DNA of 64,000 nt, taken from Frankiales bacterium. Its GTDB lineage: Bacteria > Actinomycetota > Actinomycetes > JAWWOW01. Shown here one piece after another: positions 49,264 through 59,290 of the stretch (within the stretch, counting starts at the first letter, position 1; each line of letters begins with the position of its first letter). The notes beneath the pieces were generated by a model, which saw only the letters and a program-made list of their open reading frames with translations, was not told the origin of the DNA and did not search any database. Position numbers and translations under genes: made by a program. The stretch covers positions 96,675 to 160,674 of the forward strand of contig JAWWOW010000023.1 of the NCBI GenBank assembly GCA_033851265.1. The letters are read 5' to 3'.

Positions 49264-50025
49264 TCAGCTCTCTGATGCGGCGCGGGCATGTGAACGGACG
49301 AACGCGAGGCTGCCCTCGAAAATTTCCGGAGCGTCGTTGTCGAGCGTCGCGACGTGATAGCTCTGCCGAAGCAGCCGCTCTTCCTTGTCGTCCGAGGAGA
49401 CGCCGGCGAGGACGGTTTCGGTGCTGATGGGCTCGACGACGTGGTCGTCGATGCTGCGATAGACGAGCACCGGCGCAGTGATCAGTGAGAGGTCGCCGCA
49501 GACGACCTTCCACAGCTGGCCCAACGAAGCGGCGGCCTTCAGCGGCGTGCGCTCGTATGCCCCCTCGGTGACACCTGGTTTCTTGATGTCATCGCCGATT
49601 GCCTTGACCGAGGGTACGAACCACTTGAGGACGGGCAGCAGCGTGGCGGCGCGGTTCTGACTGGTCACGGATGGGTTGACGAGCACCAGCCCGCTGACGT
49701 CATCGGGACGTTTCTCGGCCAGGCGCAGGGACAACGTGCCGCCCATTGACAGGCCCATGACGAAGACTTCGTCGCATCGCACGGACAGGTCATCGAACGC
49801 GCGCTCGACCTCGGCGTACCAGTCCTGCCACCGGGTGAGGTTGAGCTCCTGCCAGCGGGTGCCGTGGCCGGGCAGCCGTGGACAGACCACGGAGAGCCCG
49901 GCGGCGGCGAGGTGTTCGCCCCACGGATGCATCGACTGCGGCGAGCCGGTGAAGCCGTGGCAGAGCAGCACGCCGACGGGCCCGCCGTCGTAGCGGAAGG
50001 GTTCGGCTCCTGGAAGCACTGGCAC
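49264..50025 (-). CDS. Carboxylesterase / monoacylglycerol lipase-like alpha/beta hydrolase
   Basis: HGFTGSP, GLSMGG, DHVV and SYHVATLD motifs. Confidence 0.92.
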   Translation of the reverse strand: MPVLPGAEPFRYDGGPVGVLLCHGFTGSPQSMHPWGEHLAAAGLSVVCPRLPGHGTRWQELNLTRWQDWYAEVERAFDDLSVRCDEVFVMGLSMGGTLSLRLAEKRPDDVSGLVLVNPSVTSQNRAATLLPVLKWFVPSVKAIGDDIKKPGVTEGAYERTPLKAAASLGQLWKVVCGDLSLITAPVLVYRSIDDHVVEPISTETVLAGVSSDDKEERLLRQSYHVATLDNDAPEIFEGSLAFVRSHARAASES

Positions 50026-50082
50026 AGCGTTATCGTCGCACGCGGAGCACGCGCCCTGCCCCGAAGGGAACCTGGGGTCCCG

Positions 50083-50982
50083 ATGGACCGTCGAAGTCTT
50101 ATGCGCGTCGGACACGTGGTTCCCGTGTTGGCGTCATTTCTGACCGCGGCGCTGCTCACTGCGGGATGTACCTCGGGTTCGGGTCCGGGCACTAGTGCTA
50201 CTACCAGGCCAGGGGAACTGCGAGTGAGTGCGCTCATTGGTTTGTGGGCGGTCGACGCAAAAGGCGAGCCGTCGTCCAGCGTGCTGCAGCTATCGCCTGA
50301 TGGTCGGGCAGATATCTGGCGCTCGTGCGGAAGACTCAATTCGAGTTGGCGCGCCTTGACAGATGGAACGTTCCTCGCGGATTTCTACGGCGGCTCCGAT
50401 GCCTGCTTCTCGCGCAACGGCGCTAGCGTGACCGAACGTTCCGCACGTTGGCTCACGCAAGCAACTCGTTTCCGCATGGTCAGCGGGGGCTGGGAGTTGC
50501 TGCGCAATGACGCTGTGCTCGCTCGGTTGAAACCAGGTGGCAAGCCGAAAGTTCCAAATACGATCGCCGAAAGCGAAGCAGAGCCGCCGAGGATCACGCC
50601 CGCAGAAGGCGCCGCGTTGGACCTCAATCCTGAGCTTCTACCCCGAGGTGCCACGGCCGCTCGTGCAGAAACTCTCATCGGCACCTGGCTTCCCGATGTA
50701 GCGCGGCGACCGCGCATCACATTCAAGGCGGACGGCACGTACACGGGATCCGACGGCTGTAACGGCTCGAGGGGAGCATGGGCCGTCGGAGACGGCGGCC
50801 AAGTCGTTGTCACGTCAGGCGTGTCGACACTCGTCGGCTGCGAGAACATCAACGTTGCCAACTGGATCGCCAAAGCCGCTCGGGCAGCCATCGATGGCGA
50901 CACGTTGGTCCTCTACGACGCCCGGGCCCAGGAGACACATCGTGTCCATCGCGGGGTCGAGCCCGCGCCCCAGCCTCGCTGA
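50083..50982 (+). CDS. META-domain lipoprotein
   Basis: LTAGC lipobox; GSDGCN...STLVGC META pattern. Confidence 0.75.
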   Translation: MDRRSLMRVGHVVPVLASFLTAALLTAGCTSGSGPGTSATTRPGELRVSALIGLWAVDAKGEPSSSVLQLSPDGRADIWRSCGRLNSSWRALTDGTFLADFYGGSDACFSRNGASVTERSARWLTQATRFRMVSGGWELLRNDAVLARLKPGGKPKVPNTIAESEAEPPRITPAEGAALDLNPELLPRGATAARAETLIGTWLPDVARRPRITFKADGTYTGSDGCNGSRGAWAVGDGGQVVVTSGVSTLVGCENINVANWIAKAARAAIDGDTLVLYDARAQETHRVHRGVEPAPQPR

Positions 50983-51126
50983 TTGGTCCCGCTGACTCCT
51001 GCCTACGCGTGAGTAGCAGCGCTTCCGATCGGCACGCGTTCCGCCCGGTGAGGCGATGGGGAAGAATCGAGTCCACCCGACGCGGACGTCGGGTTGAGGC
51101 GAGTCGATCGGGTCGGAGGTGTCGCC

Positions 51127-51864
51127 GTGGGCTACTGGCTCATCAAGGCGATCCTTGCCCCGATCCTGCGCATCGTGTTCCGGCCCTGGGACGAGGGCCT
51201 CGAGAACGTCCCGAAGACCGGTGCCGCGATCTTGGCGAGTAACCACGTGTCGTTCTCCGACTCGTTCTTCATGCCGCTCGTCGTACCGCGCAAGGTCACG
51301 TTTCTCGCGAAGAGCGACTACTTCACCGGTCGCGGCCTCAAGGGGTGGCTGACCCGGCAGTTCTTCTCCGGTGCCGGGCAGGTGCCGGTCGACCGGAGCG
51401 GTGGTCGGGCGAGCGTGGCTGCGATCACCACCGCCTTGCGGGTGCTGGGCGAGGGCAAGTTGCTGGGGATCTATCCCGAGGGCACGCGGTCGCCGGACGG
51501 TCGGCTCTACCGCGGCAAGACCGGCGTCGCCCGGATGGCACTCGAGTCCGGCGTACCTGTGATTCCGGTTGCGATGATCGGCACTTATGAGATCCAACCT
51601 CCAGGGAAGCTGATCCCGAAGATCATGCGACCGGGGGTGCGCTTCGGTAAGCCGCTCGACTTCTCGCGGTACGCCGGCATGGAAAGCGACCGCTTCGTAC
51701 TGCGTTCGGTGACCGACGAGATCGTCTACGAGTTGATGCTGCTGTCTGGCCAGGAGTACGTCGACACCTACGCGACCAAGGCGAAGGAAGACATCGCGGA
51801 GTCGGAGCTTGCTGCTAGTGAGTCGCTGGTGTCGGACGAGCCGAAGGCGCGTCGCGCTAGCTAG
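51127..51864 (+). CDS. plsC: 1-acyl-sn-glycerol-3-phosphate acyltransferase
   Basis: NHVSFSD, FLAK and YPEGTRS; GGAGGT RBS. Confidence 0.93.
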   Translation: MGYWLIKAILAPILRIVFRPWDEGLENVPKTGAAILASNHVSFSDSFFMPLVVPRKVTFLAKSDYFTGRGLKGWLTRQFFSGAGQVPVDRSGGRASVAAITTALRVLGEGKLLGIYPEGTRSPDGRLYRGKTGVARMALESGVPVIPVAMIGTYEIQPPGKLIPKIMRPGVRFGKPLDFSRYAGMESDRFVLRSVTDEIVYELMLLSGQEYVDTYATKAKEDIAESELAASESLVSDEPKARRAS

Positions 51865-51867
51865 GTG

Positions 51868-52215
51868 CTAGACCAGCTCGAACGTGATGGTCACCGCGTT
51901 GGCGTATTTCTGCGCCACCATCGCTGTGCCGATGCAGGTTGCCACGCTGGGGTTGCAGGTCGGCGCCGCTGCGTAGTGCTTGGTCACGCAGTTGGAGGCG
52001 ACGCACACAGTGGCCGACACCAACGTGCCGGTCGGCACGTCATAGAGGCTGCGGCCGGCATTGGTCGCGAGCGAATCCGCGATCTGCTGCGGGGTGACTG
52101 CCGTGGTCACTGCTGGTACGTCGGGGTCACCGGCGCCGATCGCGGCGGTGGCGCCAATGGTCGCGGCGGTGCCAAGCGCGGCTAGGCCGGCCGCTACCGC
52201 GAAGACTCGACGCAT
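51868..52215 (-). CDS. Small secreted protein with four Cys
   Basis: Signal peptide MRRVFAVAAGLAALG; CVASNC and CNPSVATC. Confidence 0.65.
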   Translation of the reverse strand: MRRVFAVAAGLAALGTAATIGATAAIGAGDPDVPAVTTAVTPQQIADSLATNAGRSLYDVPTGTLVSATVCVASNCVTKHYAAAPTCNPSVATCIGTAMVAQKYANAVTITFELV

Positions 52216-52369
52216 TGGACCCCCGAAAAATTTCCCCCTGAACGAGCGCAGCATGACACGAAGATGGTGAATTGCGGGGGTGATTCGGGTCACGGCTCGG
52301 TATCAGGGAGCGTGATCCCGGTCACCATCGAGGCCCGAGGCCGCTGCTCTGGATGCGAGGATCGGTCCG

Positions 52370-53494
52370 ATGCCGACGGGACTGGACCGCGCACTGTGGC
52401 GAGCTGTTGCCGCATTCCGCGTGCTCTCCCTCGGCTACGCGGGCGGCCTGATCGTCCATCATCGCCATCTGTACGACCGGCCGGTCGTGGCGTGGTCGGT
52501 CTTGGGCGGCATGGCCGTCTGGACTGTGCTCGCGACAAAGTTGTACGCCGTGCGCGCTCCGCACCCCGGTGCGCTGCTGCTCGTGATCGATCTCACGCTG
52601 GCGGTCGGCGCGGTCCTGGCGACGCGCGCTGCGTTGTCCGCCGATCGCATCGCGGCTGGCGACCCCACCTTGCCGGTCGCCTGGGCCGCGGCGCCGGTCC
52701 TGGCGTGGGGTGTGGCCGCTGGGCCACTCGGTGGCGCATTGGCGGGTCTGGCTGTGTCTGCTGCCGACCTCGTTGAACGCTGGTCCGCGCCATCGGAGGC
52801 GACCATCAATGGCGTTGTGCTCTTGTTGCTTGGCGGCTTGGTCGTCGGTTACGTCGTGCAACTCGCCCGCGCAGCGCAAGCGCAGCTGGCGAGAGCCGTA
52901 CAGATCGAGGCAGCGACGCGCGAACGCGATCGCCTCGCTGCGCGCATTCACGACAGCGTGTTGCAGGTACTCGCTCTTGTCGCGCGACGCGGCGGCGAGA
53001 TAGGTGGGGATGCCGCCGAGCTCGGCCGGCTCGCTGGCGAACAGGAGATTGCGCTCCGCACGCTTGTCGCGTCCCCCCCGCAGGCTACGCAGGCCGGGTC
53101 GTCCGATCTTCGAGCGTTGCTTACCCCGTACGCGTCGTCGACGGTGAGTGTTGCGGCCCCGGCAGAGTCCGTTCTGTTGTCGACGGATGCCGCGCGCGAC
53201 GTCGCGGACGCCGTCGCAGCTGCGCTCGACAACGTCGCCCGGCACGCAGGTGCGGGAGCGCGCGCCTGGGTGCTCGTCGAGGACGAAGGAACGGCTGTCG
53301 TGGTCACCGTGCGCGACGACGGCGAAGGGTTTGCGCTCGGTCGGTTGGAGGAGGCAGCCGGTAGCGGGCGCCTCGGCGTCGACCGGTCCATCCGGGGTCG
53401 GATCCGCGCGCTCGGAGGCGACCTGGCCGTGACGTCGTCACCCGGAGTGGGCACCGAGGTCGAGATGCGCGTCCCCCGTACGCATCAGGGCTAG
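52370..53494 (+). CDS. macS: MacS-like sensor histidine kinase (DUF5931, HisKA_3)
   Basis: LWRAVAAFR, ERDRLAARIHDSVLQVL, NVARHAG and RDDGEG; position after plsC. Confidence 0.88.
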   Translation: MPTGLDRALWRAVAAFRVLSLGYAGGLIVHHRHLYDRPVVAWSVLGGMAVWTVLATKLYAVRAPHPGALLLVIDLTLAVGAVLATRAALSADRIAAGDPTLPVAWAAAPVLAWGVAAGPLGGALAGLAVSAADLVERWSAPSEATINGVVLLLLGGLVVGYVVQLARAAQAQLARAVQIEAATRERDRLAARIHDSVLQVLALVARRGGEIGGDAAELGRLAGEQEIALRTLVASPPQATQAGSSDLRALLTPYASSTVSVAAPAESVLLSTDAARDVADAVAAALDNVARHAGAGARAWVLVEDEGTAVVVTVRDDGEGFALGRLEEAAGSGRLGVDRSIRGRIRALGGDLAVTSSPGVGTEVEMRVPRTHQG

Positions 53495-53504
53495 CGTCGG
53501 TCCC

Positions 53505-54143
53505 GTGGTACGCGTACTCGTCGTCGACGACCATCCGATGTGGCGCGACGCGGTCGCCCGCGATCTCGGCGACGCCGGCTTCGACGTCGTGGGGACTGCT
53601 GGTGACGGCGACCAGGCTGTGCGCGTCGCGAAAGCAACGCGGCCCGAGGTCGCCGTACTCGATCTGAATCTGCCCGGCCTCAGCGGGGTGGAAGTGGCTC
53701 GCCAACTGGCCGCCGCTGACCCTCCGTGCCGCGTACTCGTGCTCTCGGCCTCGGGCGAGCAGGCGGATGTGTTGGCTGCCGTGACCGCGGGGGCCACTGG
53801 CTACCTCATGAAGTCAGCCAGCCGCGACGAACTCGTCGACGCTGTACGCCGGACCGCCGATGGTGACCCGGTCTTCACGCCGGGACTCGCAGGGTTGTTG
53901 CTGGGGGAGTACCGCCGGCTCGCGACGACACCCGGTGGTGCCTCGACACCGGAATTGACCGAGCGTGAGACTGAAGTGCTGCGCTTCGTCGCCAAGGGGC
54001 TGACGTATAAAGAAATTGCCGAGCGACTTGTGTTGTCGCACCGCACCGTGCAGAACCACGTGCAGAACACGCTGACCAAGCTGCAGCTGCACAACAAGGC
54101 GCAACTCGTGCGTTATGCGATGGAGCAAGGCCTCGACGACTGA
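53505..54143 (+). CDS. macR: NarL/LuxR response regulator (MacR-like)
   Basis: VDDHPMWRD, FTPGLAGLLLGEYRRLA and HRTVQNHVQNTL. Confidence 0.9.
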   Translation: MVRVLVVDDHPMWRDAVARDLGDAGFDVVGTAGDGDQAVRVAKATRPEVAVLDLNLPGLSGVEVARQLAAADPPCRVLVLSASGEQADVLAAVTAGATGYLMKSASRDELVDAVRRTADGDPVFTPGLAGLLLGEYRRLATTPGGASTPELTERETEVLRFVAKGLTYKEIAERLVLSHRTVQNHVQNTLTKLQLHNKAQLVRYAMEQGLDD

Positions 54144-54156
54144 GTACTTGTACTTA
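54141..54156. promoter_or_regulatory. MacR-type box, copy 1
   Basis: TGAGTAC-TT-GTACTTA versus the recalled Streptomyces MacR consensus TGAGTACnnGTACTCA. Confidence 0.8.
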
Positions 54157-54214
54157 GTCGAAGTCGCGTAACTCGCCTCATGTCTCGACGTCGTGCAGGA
54201 CCGATCGTCAATGC

Positions 54215-54802
54215 ATGGACGGTCTCTATGCCTTCAAGCCTTGGTACGCCGCGCGGCTCACCCCGCTGAGGCGGCGATTCGCCGTACGTGGCGTGACGCC
54301 CAATGCCGTTACGGCTGCCGGTGTGGTCTTCGCCGCAGGTGCTGGCGCTGTGCTCGCGCTGGTGCGACCTGGCTGGTGGGCGGCACTGGCCGTGACCGCG
54401 TTGCTTGCCGCCCGGCTCGCGTGCGCCAACCTCGACGGCGCGCTTGCTCGCGAAACTCGGCGGACATCCGCCTATGGCAGTGTCGTCAACGAGTTTGGCG
54501 ACCGGGCCGCTGACCTTGCCGCCCTGGCTGGGTGCTTGGTCCTGGCCCCGCCTTCGGTCGTGGCTACCGCGGCCTTCGCATCGACGTTGCCATCGTGGGT
54601 GGCACTAGCCGGTGCCGCGGCCGGTGCGAACCGAGTCAATGGTGGCCCAGTCGGCAAGACCGAACGGGCGGCACTGCTGGTCGTCATCGCGCTCACCGGC
54701 GCGGCAGTCCCGATACTCATCGTCCTGGCGACTGGTTCGGTGTTGACGGCGGCATTGCGCTTGCGAGTGGTGCGCAGGGCTCTGGTCGGCGGTGCGTCAT
54801 GA
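54215..54802 (+). CDS. CDP-alcohol phosphatidyltransferase (YnbA-like)
   Basis: LYAFKP, TPNAVT, ANLDGALAR...NEFGDRAAD and GPVGKTER. Confidence 0.9.
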   Translation: MDGLYAFKPWYAARLTPLRRRFAVRGVTPNAVTAAGVVFAAGAGAVLALVRPGWWAALAVTALLAARLACANLDGALARETRRTSAYGSVVNEFGDRAADLAALAGCLVLAPPSVVATAAFASTLPSWVALAGAAAGANRVNGGPVGKTERAALLVVIALTGAAVPILIVLATGSVLTAALRLRVVRRALVGGAS

Positions 54803-55623
54803 GCGCCACGCTCGACATAGCGCCCTACGTCGCAGGCGCTCTCGGTGCCAGCGGTGTTGGGGTCGCCCTGTCGCGCAGGCGCGAGCTCATCGCGCGTTGG
54901 GTGACGTGGGCCGCAGCGGCCCCGATCGTTGGCGGTTCCCTGTATTTCGGCGCGCCCGGCGCGACCGTGCTGGCAATCGGGCTGGGCGTCATCGCGGCCT
55001 TCGAGTACGCCCGGATGATGCGGCTGCGGCACACGGACGCGTTCACTCTTGGCGCGGTTGCGACAGCCGCACCCATCGTCGCGTGGGTCCATCCCACGGC
55101 GTTCAACGGCCCAGCACCGTTGCTGTTGCTTCCGTTGCTCGCCGCTGTGCCTTCGCTCACCGGGGGGGACACAGCAGACGGTGCCCGTAGAACGGCGTAC
55201 GTCGCGCTCGCAACTCCCTGGCTCGTCGGCCTGGCGGGTCTGGTGCTCCTCGGCACCGATGCACTGCCGCTGTGCATCGCGGTGTCCGTTGCCGATGTCG
55301 CGGCGTGGTGTGGTGGCAAGACACTCGGGCGTCGCGGGCCGTTTGCGCGCAAGCTCTCGCCGCTGTCGCCGGCCAAGACGTGGGGCGGTGTCGTCGGCTC
55401 CATGCTCGGTGCGACTGCCGTCCTCGCGCTCTGCGGCTGCCTGCGTCCGAGCCTGCTCGCGGCTGTCGTCGTCGGCTCTGTCGTCGGGGACCTGTTCGAG
55501 TCCATGCTCAAGCGCGGTGCCGGTGTGAAAGACGCCGGTAGCTGGCTACCCGGGTTCGGCGGTCTCCTGGACCGCATCGACTCGTTGCTGGTTGCCGTGA
55601 TGATCGCGACGGTCCTGCGGTGA
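54799..55623 (+). CDS. Phosphatidate cytidylyltransferase (YnbB/CdsA-like)
   Basis: SPAKTWGG and GDLFESMLKR..GVKD...LPGFGGLLDRIDS. Confidence 0.92.
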   Translation: MSATLDIAPYVAGALGASGVGVALSRRRELIARWVTWAAAAPIVGGSLYFGAPGATVLAIGLGVIAAFEYARMMRLRHTDAFTLGAVATAAPIVAWVHPTAFNGPAPLLLLPLLAAVPSLTGGDTADGARRTAYVALATPWLVGLAGLVLLGTDALPLCIAVSVADVAAWCGGKTLGRRGPFARKLSPLSPAKTWGGVVGSMLGATAVLALCGCLRPSLLAAVVVGSVVGDLFESMLKRGAGVKDAGSWLPGFGGLLDRIDSLLVAVMIATVLR

Positions 55624-56777
55624 GCCGGGGTTCAGCGCTGCTGCGCTGGCTTCTCTGGCGCTGCACATTCGCGTTCTTCGGCGGGATGTACAGGGACGGA
55701 GAGCGGTTGCCGCGTGGCGGTTTTGTCGTCATCGCCAACCACCAGTCGCACGCCGACGCTCCGGCGCTGCTCGCTGCGTTGGGCCCCCGCCGGCGGGTCC
55801 GTGTCGCGGCAGCAGCCGACTACTGGTTCAACGGCGGCTTGCGGGCACGCATGTGTCAGTGGCTTGTCGGTGGGTTCGCGGTCCGTCGCAACGGCGGTGG
55901 CGCGAGTGATCTCGCGGCGATGGCCGAGTTCATCCGTCGCGGTGGGGTGGTCGTCTTGTTTCCGGAGGGGACACGGTCGCGCGATGGCGTGCTCGGCGAG
56001 TTCCACCGCGGTGCATTCCGGCTGGCCGAGCTCGCCGGAGCGCCGCTCGTGCCGATCGGCATTGCCGGAACTCGGCAACTATTGCCGGTCCACGGCACGC
56101 CGTGCTTCGGAGCGGTGCGGGTGCGCGTCGGCGGATCGCTGCAATCCACCACCCCACCGGATCGCGCGCGTGCCCAGGTGGCGGGGCTGGCAGCCGGAAC
56201 TGTTGGTCGGGGCGACTCCCGACTGCGTCGACGCGTCCGCACGTTCGCTGCCTCGCGTGTTGCGCTCCTGGTCGTTGCGGTCTGGGCTGGCGCCGAGGCG
56301 CTTTCGTGGCCGTTCGTGCCGGAATTGCTTCTCGGCGTCGTCCTTCTCGCGGCCCCGCGCGCTGCCTGGCGGCTCGTCCCCTTGGCAGCTGCGGCAAGCG
56401 TCGCCGGCTCCCTGCTCGGCTACGGGCTAGCGGCGCATGACCACCACCTTCCGCAACCGCTGACGACGCCTCGGATGTACACGGCCGTGGCGGCGACGAC
56501 CGCGGCGGAGGGAGCGGGCGCCGTACGACACCAGGCGTGGTCGGGGATTCCGGTCAAGGTGTATGCCGCGGAAGCCGGCCGCGAGCACGTGTCGCTGACC
56601 CAATTTGCCCTTGGAGCAGCGCGCGCTCGCGGTGGCCGAATCCTCGCGGTGGGCGCGCTGCTGGCGCTGATCGGAGCCGCCTTCTCACGTGCTCCGCGCC
56701 TGTATCCCGCGCTGGTCGGGTTTGGGCTGACGACGTACGCCGTGGGTCTCGGCCGCGTGATCGCGCATTGGTCCTGA
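55620..56777 (+). CDS. Lysophospholipid acyltransferase fused to a YqaA/DedA-like membrane domain
   Basis: NHQSHAD, AAADYW and FPEGTRS; C-terminal AEALSWPFVPE...SGIPVKVY. Confidence 0.85.
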   Translation: MSRGSALLRWLLWRCTFAFFGGMYRDGERLPRGGFVVIANHQSHADAPALLAALGPRRRVRVAAAADYWFNGGLRARMCQWLVGGFAVRRNGGGASDLAAMAEFIRRGGVVVLFPEGTRSRDGVLGEFHRGAFRLAELAGAPLVPIGIAGTRQLLPVHGTPCFGAVRVRVGGSLQSTTPPDRARAQVAGLAAGTVGRGDSRLRRRVRTFAASRVALLVVAVWAGAEALSWPFVPELLLGVVLLAAPRAAWRLVPLAAAASVAGSLLGYGLAAHDHHLPQPLTTPRMYTAVAATTAAEGAGAVRHQAWSGIPVKVYAAEAGREHVSLTQFALGAARARGGRILAVGALLALIGAAFSRAPRLYPALVGFGLTTYAVGLGRVIAHWS

Positions 56778-56790
56778 GTACTTGTACCTA
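56775..56790. promoter_or_regulatory. MacR-type box, copy 2
   Basis: TGAGTAC-TT-GTACCTA, at the same distance from the next ATG as copy 1. Confidence 0.75.
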
Positions 56791-56848
56791 GCCGAAGTCA
56801 CGCACTGGTGCTCATGAGCGCAAGCTCGCGACGCCCGATTCTCAATAC

Positions 56849-57208
56849 ATGACACCGACCGAGGAGACATCGATGACAACCAACAGTGAACTCAACGATT
56901 TCTGGGCTGTGGCCCGTACGCATGCGTTCGACGCACCCGCGTCACCAGCAAAGGTCGAGAGGTCAGCCGGCCGGACAGCTGCGGTCGTGCTTCTCGTGCT
57001 GCTGACCGTGCCGCCGACGCTCGCATCGGTTATATCTCCGCTGTTCCTGATCCCGGCTGGGCTGTTGGGCGTCGGCTTCTTTTGCCGTAAGGGTTCGCCA
57101 GCGCGGATCACGTTGTTCTCGATCACGGCCGTGCTGGACCTGGCGGTCATCGCGTTCTTCGCCTTTCTCATCGTCGTGTTCATGAGCGGCGGCCTGCAGT
57201 TCGGCTGA
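56849..57208 (+). CDS. Small membrane protein
   Basis: Three hydrophobic segments; preceded by the duplicated promoter. Confidence 0.7.
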   Translation: MTPTEETSMTTNSELNDFWAVARTHAFDAPASPAKVERSAGRTAAVVLLVLLTVPPTLASVISPLFLIPAGLLGVGFFCRKGSPARITLFSITAVLDLAVIAFFAFLIVVFMSGGLQFG

Positions 57209-57213
57209 CGTGA

Positions 57214-58686
57214 CTAGACCCGCGCCCAGCCTTTGCTGCGGTCGACGGCGGCGCGCCAGCGGGTGTACGCCGCGTCGTCGCGCTTGCCCGGCTCGAAGCG
57301 CCGGTCGAGCCGCCAGGTGTCCCGGAGTTCATCGGTCGATGACCACACCCCGGTCGCCAATCCGGCGAGGAAAGCCGCGCCGAGGCCGGTCGTCTCGCGG
57401 ACCTGCGGCCGGCGTACCGGCACTTGGAGCTGGTCGGCCTGCAACTGGCAGAGCACGTCGTTGACCGACGCACCGCCGTCGGCCGACAGCTCCGGCACCT
57501 CGAGGCCGGCCTCACGCGTCATCACGTCGACGACGTCGCGTACCTCGAAGGCGATCGCTTCGAGGGTCGCGCGCACGAGGTGGGCGCGCGTCGTACCGCG
57601 AGTGATCCCGAGGATCGTGCCGCGCGCATCGGGATCCCAGTCGGGCGCGCCGAGCCCCGTCAACGCCGGCACGAAGACAACGCCGCCGCTGTCCGGCACG
57701 GTCGCGGCGATCGCCGCAGTCTCGTTGGCGGTGCCGATGATCTGCAGGCCGTCGCGCAGCCACTGCACTGCTGCACCGGTGACGAAGATCGCGCCTTCGA
57801 GCGCGTAGACGAGGCCGTCGCCGATGTCCCACGCGACCGTCGTCAGCAGCCCGGCGTCGGAGCGCACCGGCTGGTCGCCGGTGTTGACGAGGACGAACGA
57901 CCCGGTGCCGTAGGTGCACTTCGACGAGCCGTTGGCATAACAGGCCTGACCGAACAGCGCCGCCTGCTGGTCGCCGGCGATCCCGCCGATGGGCAGGTCA
58001 AGACCCAGGAACGCGGCCGGGTCCGTGCGCCCGAAGTCGCCGGAGGAGGGCCGCACCTCGGGCAGCGCATCGAGCGGTACGCCGAGCAGGTCGGCGAGCT
58101 CGCCGGACCACTGGCCGGTGTTGATGTCACAGAGCAATGTGCGGCTGGCGTTGGACGGGTCCGTCGCGTGCACCCGACCGCTGGTCAGGCGCGCGAGAAG
58201 ATAGGAGTCGACGGTGCCGACGACGGTGTCGCCGGCTGCGACACCCGCCCAGGTGCGCTTGTCGTGTTCGGCGAGCCACGTCAGTTTGGTGCCGGTGAAG
58301 TAGGGGTCCAGGCGTAAGCCGGTCAGCTCGGCGAATCGCGGCTCGTGGCCGGCCTCGCGCAGCCGGTCGCAGATCTCGGTGGTGCGGCGGTCCTGCCAGA
58401 CGATGGCGCGCCGCGGCGCGGCGAGGGTCCGGCGATCCCAGAGGACTGCGGTCTCGCGCTGGTTGGTGATGCCGATCGCGGTGGGCGGGGTGGGGGAGGC
58501 GTCAAGGGATTCGCGGCTCGCGGCGAGGGTCGCCTGCCAGATTTCCTCCGGCTCGTGTTCGACCCAGCCGGGCCGCGGGAAATGCTGCGGAAACTCCTGG
58601 TACCCGCGGGCGATGACGCTGCCCTGCTCGCCGACGACGAGGGCGGTGACACCTGTCGTACCGGCGTCGATCGCGAGAACGGCCAT
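57214..58686 (-). CDS. glpK: Glycerol kinase
   Basis: AIDAGTTG, GITNQRET, IVWQDRRT, GDQQAALFGQ and KCTYGTG motifs. Confidence 0.96.
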   Translation of the reverse strand: MAVLAIDAGTTGVTALVVGEQGSVIARGYQEFPQHFPRPGWVEHEPEEIWQATLAASRESLDASPTPPTAIGITNQRETAVLWDRRTLAAPRRAIVWQDRRTTEICDRLREAGHEPRFAELTGLRLDPYFTGTKLTWLAEHDKRTWAGVAAGDTVVGTVDSYLLARLTSGRVHATDPSNASRTLLCDINTGQWSGELADLLGVPLDALPEVRPSSGDFGRTDPAAFLGLDLPIGGIAGDQQAALFGQACYANGSSKCTYGTGSFVLVNTGDQPVRSDAGLLTTVAWDIGDGLVYALEGAIFVTGAAVQWLRDGLQIIGTANETAAIAATVPDSGGVVFVPALTGLGAPDWDPDARGTILGITRGTTRAHLVRATLEAIAFEVRDVVDVMTREAGLEVPELSADGGASVNDVLCQLQADQLQVPVRRPQVRETTGLGAAFLAGLATGVWSSTDELRDTWRLDRRFEPGKRDDAAYTRWRAAVDRSKGWARV

Positions 58687-58707
58687 GACGTGCGAGACCC
58701 TAGCGAG

Positions 58708-59220
58708 GTGACCAAGCGCACCCGGTACTTCTTCGACACCGAGTTCCTCGAGGACGGCAGCACCATCGAGCTGGTCTCGATCGGCGTCGTCTGCGAGGAC
58801 GGGCGGGAGTACTACGCGGTCTCGACGGACTTCGATCCGGAGAAGGCCGGGCCGTGGGTGCGCGAGCACGTGATCCCGCAACTGCCGTCGCCCAGCGACC
58901 CCGCGTGGAAATCTCGCGAGACGATTCGGGACGAGCTGTTGAAGTTCCTGACTGCAGACCGGCGCGATCCGGAGACGTGGGCCTGGTACGGCGACTACGA
59001 CCACGTGGTCCTTTGTCAGCTCTGGGGGACGATGCCCGACCTGCCGCGCGCGTTGCCGCGGTTCACCCGCGACCTACGGCAGGAGTGGGAGCAACTCGGT
59101 GCGCCGGAGTTGCCCAAGCAGGAGAGCGGTCGCCATCACGCGCTCGAGGACGCGCGTCACAACGCCCGCATCTGGGCAACGCTTGAAGCCGAACGCGAGC
59201 GCCTCGGCTGGGTGTTGTGA
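58708..59220 (+). CDS. RNase AS-like 3'-5' exoribonuclease (Rv2179c family)
   Basis: YFFDTEFLEDG, YDHVVLCQLWG and HHALEDARHN. Confidence 0.92.
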   Translation: MTKRTRYFFDTEFLEDGSTIELVSIGVVCEDGREYYAVSTDFDPEKAGPWVREHVIPQLPSPSDPAWKSRETIRDELLKFLTADRRDPETWAWYGDYDHVVLCQLWGTMPDLPRALPRFTRDLRQEWEQLGAPELPKQESGRHHALEDARHNARIWATLEAERERLGWVL

Positions 59221-59290
59221 GTGGCCGACGAAACGAACTGAACCGGCGTTATCGTGCGTCGGTCGTCGTGCCCCGTGAGGTCACATGGCT

